Part shown: in pieces, positions 63,366 to 64,000 of the stretch | Numbering within the stretch: the stretch's first letter is position 1 | Layout of the letters: each line of letters begins with the position of its first letter | Source: Myxococcota bacterium | GTDB taxonomy: Bacteria; Myxococcota_A; UBA9042; PHBI01; JBMYRH01 | DNA: 64,000 nt | Reading direction: 5' to 3' | Assembly: GCA_049602155.1 (NCBI GenBank) | Contig: JBMYRH010000003.1 | Coordinates: 301,871 to 365,870, forward strand | The notes under the pieces: generated by a model | What the model saw: the letters and a program-made list of their open reading frames with translations, nothing else | Database searches by the model: none | Told to the model about the DNA's origin: nothing | Position numbers and translations under genes: made by a program

Positions 63366-64000
63366 ATGAACACCCTGCTCTGCCTCCCGCTGGCGCTCCT
63401 TATCAGCGCTGATGTGTGGGCTCAAGAGGCCGCGACGAGGGCACCCGACGCTGAGCGAACGGCCACAGAGGCGCCGGCAGAGGCCGTGCCTGATGCGCCG
63501 CCGTCAGACAGCGAAGCGCCCGCCGCCACGGAGCCTGCCTCCGAGATCCCGATCGCAGCGCCGGCAGAGACCGCCCCAGCGGCCCCCGCAGCTGAAGAGG
63601 ACGAGGGCGGCTGGAACCCCCTCGAGATCCAGCCTAATGATGGATGGTACGTGCGCCTGCTCAAGAGTGAGATCAAGCGTGTCGGGGACAAAGACCTCTT
63701 CGGCAACTCCGCTCAGCTGCCCCGTGGCTACCTGTCGATCAAGTACGACTGGACGACCACCAAGGCCGGCAGCCGCTTTGACTCCGCCGGCAACCTCGGG
63801 CCGGTGATGTCACCCATCAGCTTCGAAGAGAACGGCAACAAAATCATCAACGTCGACCTCGGGATGAGCGGCGAGGGCGGTGGCCACGGGTTCATGGTCT
63901 CCTACGGCATCATCGACCCCCTGGACTGGTTCCTAGAGCTCCCCTTCACTTACATGAACCTGAGCCTCAACCCCGTGGTCGCTGAGATCGATGAAGAGGG
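63366..64000 (+). CDS. Secreted hypothetical protein, 5' fragment (continues beyond window end)
   Basis: Frame is open from ATG 63366 to the window end, so it is not in the track. Signal peptide MNTLLCLPLALLISADVWAQ, a Pro/Ala/Glu linker, then a beta-strand-like region (YLSIKYDWTTTKAGSRFDSAGN...). The start abuts the upstream stop. Confidence 0.55.
   Translation, partial: MNTLLCLPLALLISADVWAQEAATRAPDAERTATEAPAEAVPDAPPSDSEAPAATEPASEIPIAAPAETAPAAPAAEEDEGGWNPLEIQPNDGWYVRLLKSEIKRVGDKDLFGNSAQLPRGYLSIKYDWTTTKAGSRFDSAGNLGPVMSPISFEENGNKIINVDLGMSGEGGGHGFMVSYGIIDPLDWFLELPFTYMNLSLNPVVAEIDEE

Overview
High-GC bacterial chromosomal window. The abundance of Cys-rich secreted lipoproteins suggests a Myxococcota/Bradymonadia-like lineage, but that is only an inference. 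Housekeeping and accessory genes occupy both ends: a recQ fragment, a K+ channel, a steroid-5-alpha-reductase-like protein, gmd-fcl, thpR, FKBP, pirin, an M20 peptidase, rhomboid and an aminosugar operon. The middle, about 10.3-48.0 kb, is dominated by very large secreted or surface proteins. Two convergent, translationally coupled three-gene modules stand out: 10356-27330 on the + strand and 37564-27506 on the - strand. Each encodes the same trio: a giant beta-rich protein, an FN3-type membrane-anchored protein, and a hyper-Cys-rich repeat protein. The giant proteins appear paralogous to each other, as do the FN3 proteins. I cannot assign this module to any characterised system. The same region concentrates domain patterns usually seen in eukaryotic extracellular proteins. 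These are 26 tandem LNR (Lin-12/Notch)-like modules, 7 somatomedin-B-like modules, cbEGF-like modules, FG-GAP/integrin-alpha-like repeats and a CRTAC1/ASPIC-like protein. Other notable items are two near-identical c-di-GMP-I (GEMM-I) riboswitch-like aptamers upstream of tiny ORFs (50.65-51.29 kb). An in-frame TGA also falls at the active-site position of a thioredoxin-like domain fused to an FGE-family protein, making it a selenocysteine candidate or a pseudogene. No rRNA, tRNA, CRISPR array, transposase or integrase was recognised. All calls come from reading the supplied translations and DNA by eye; no database search was run.
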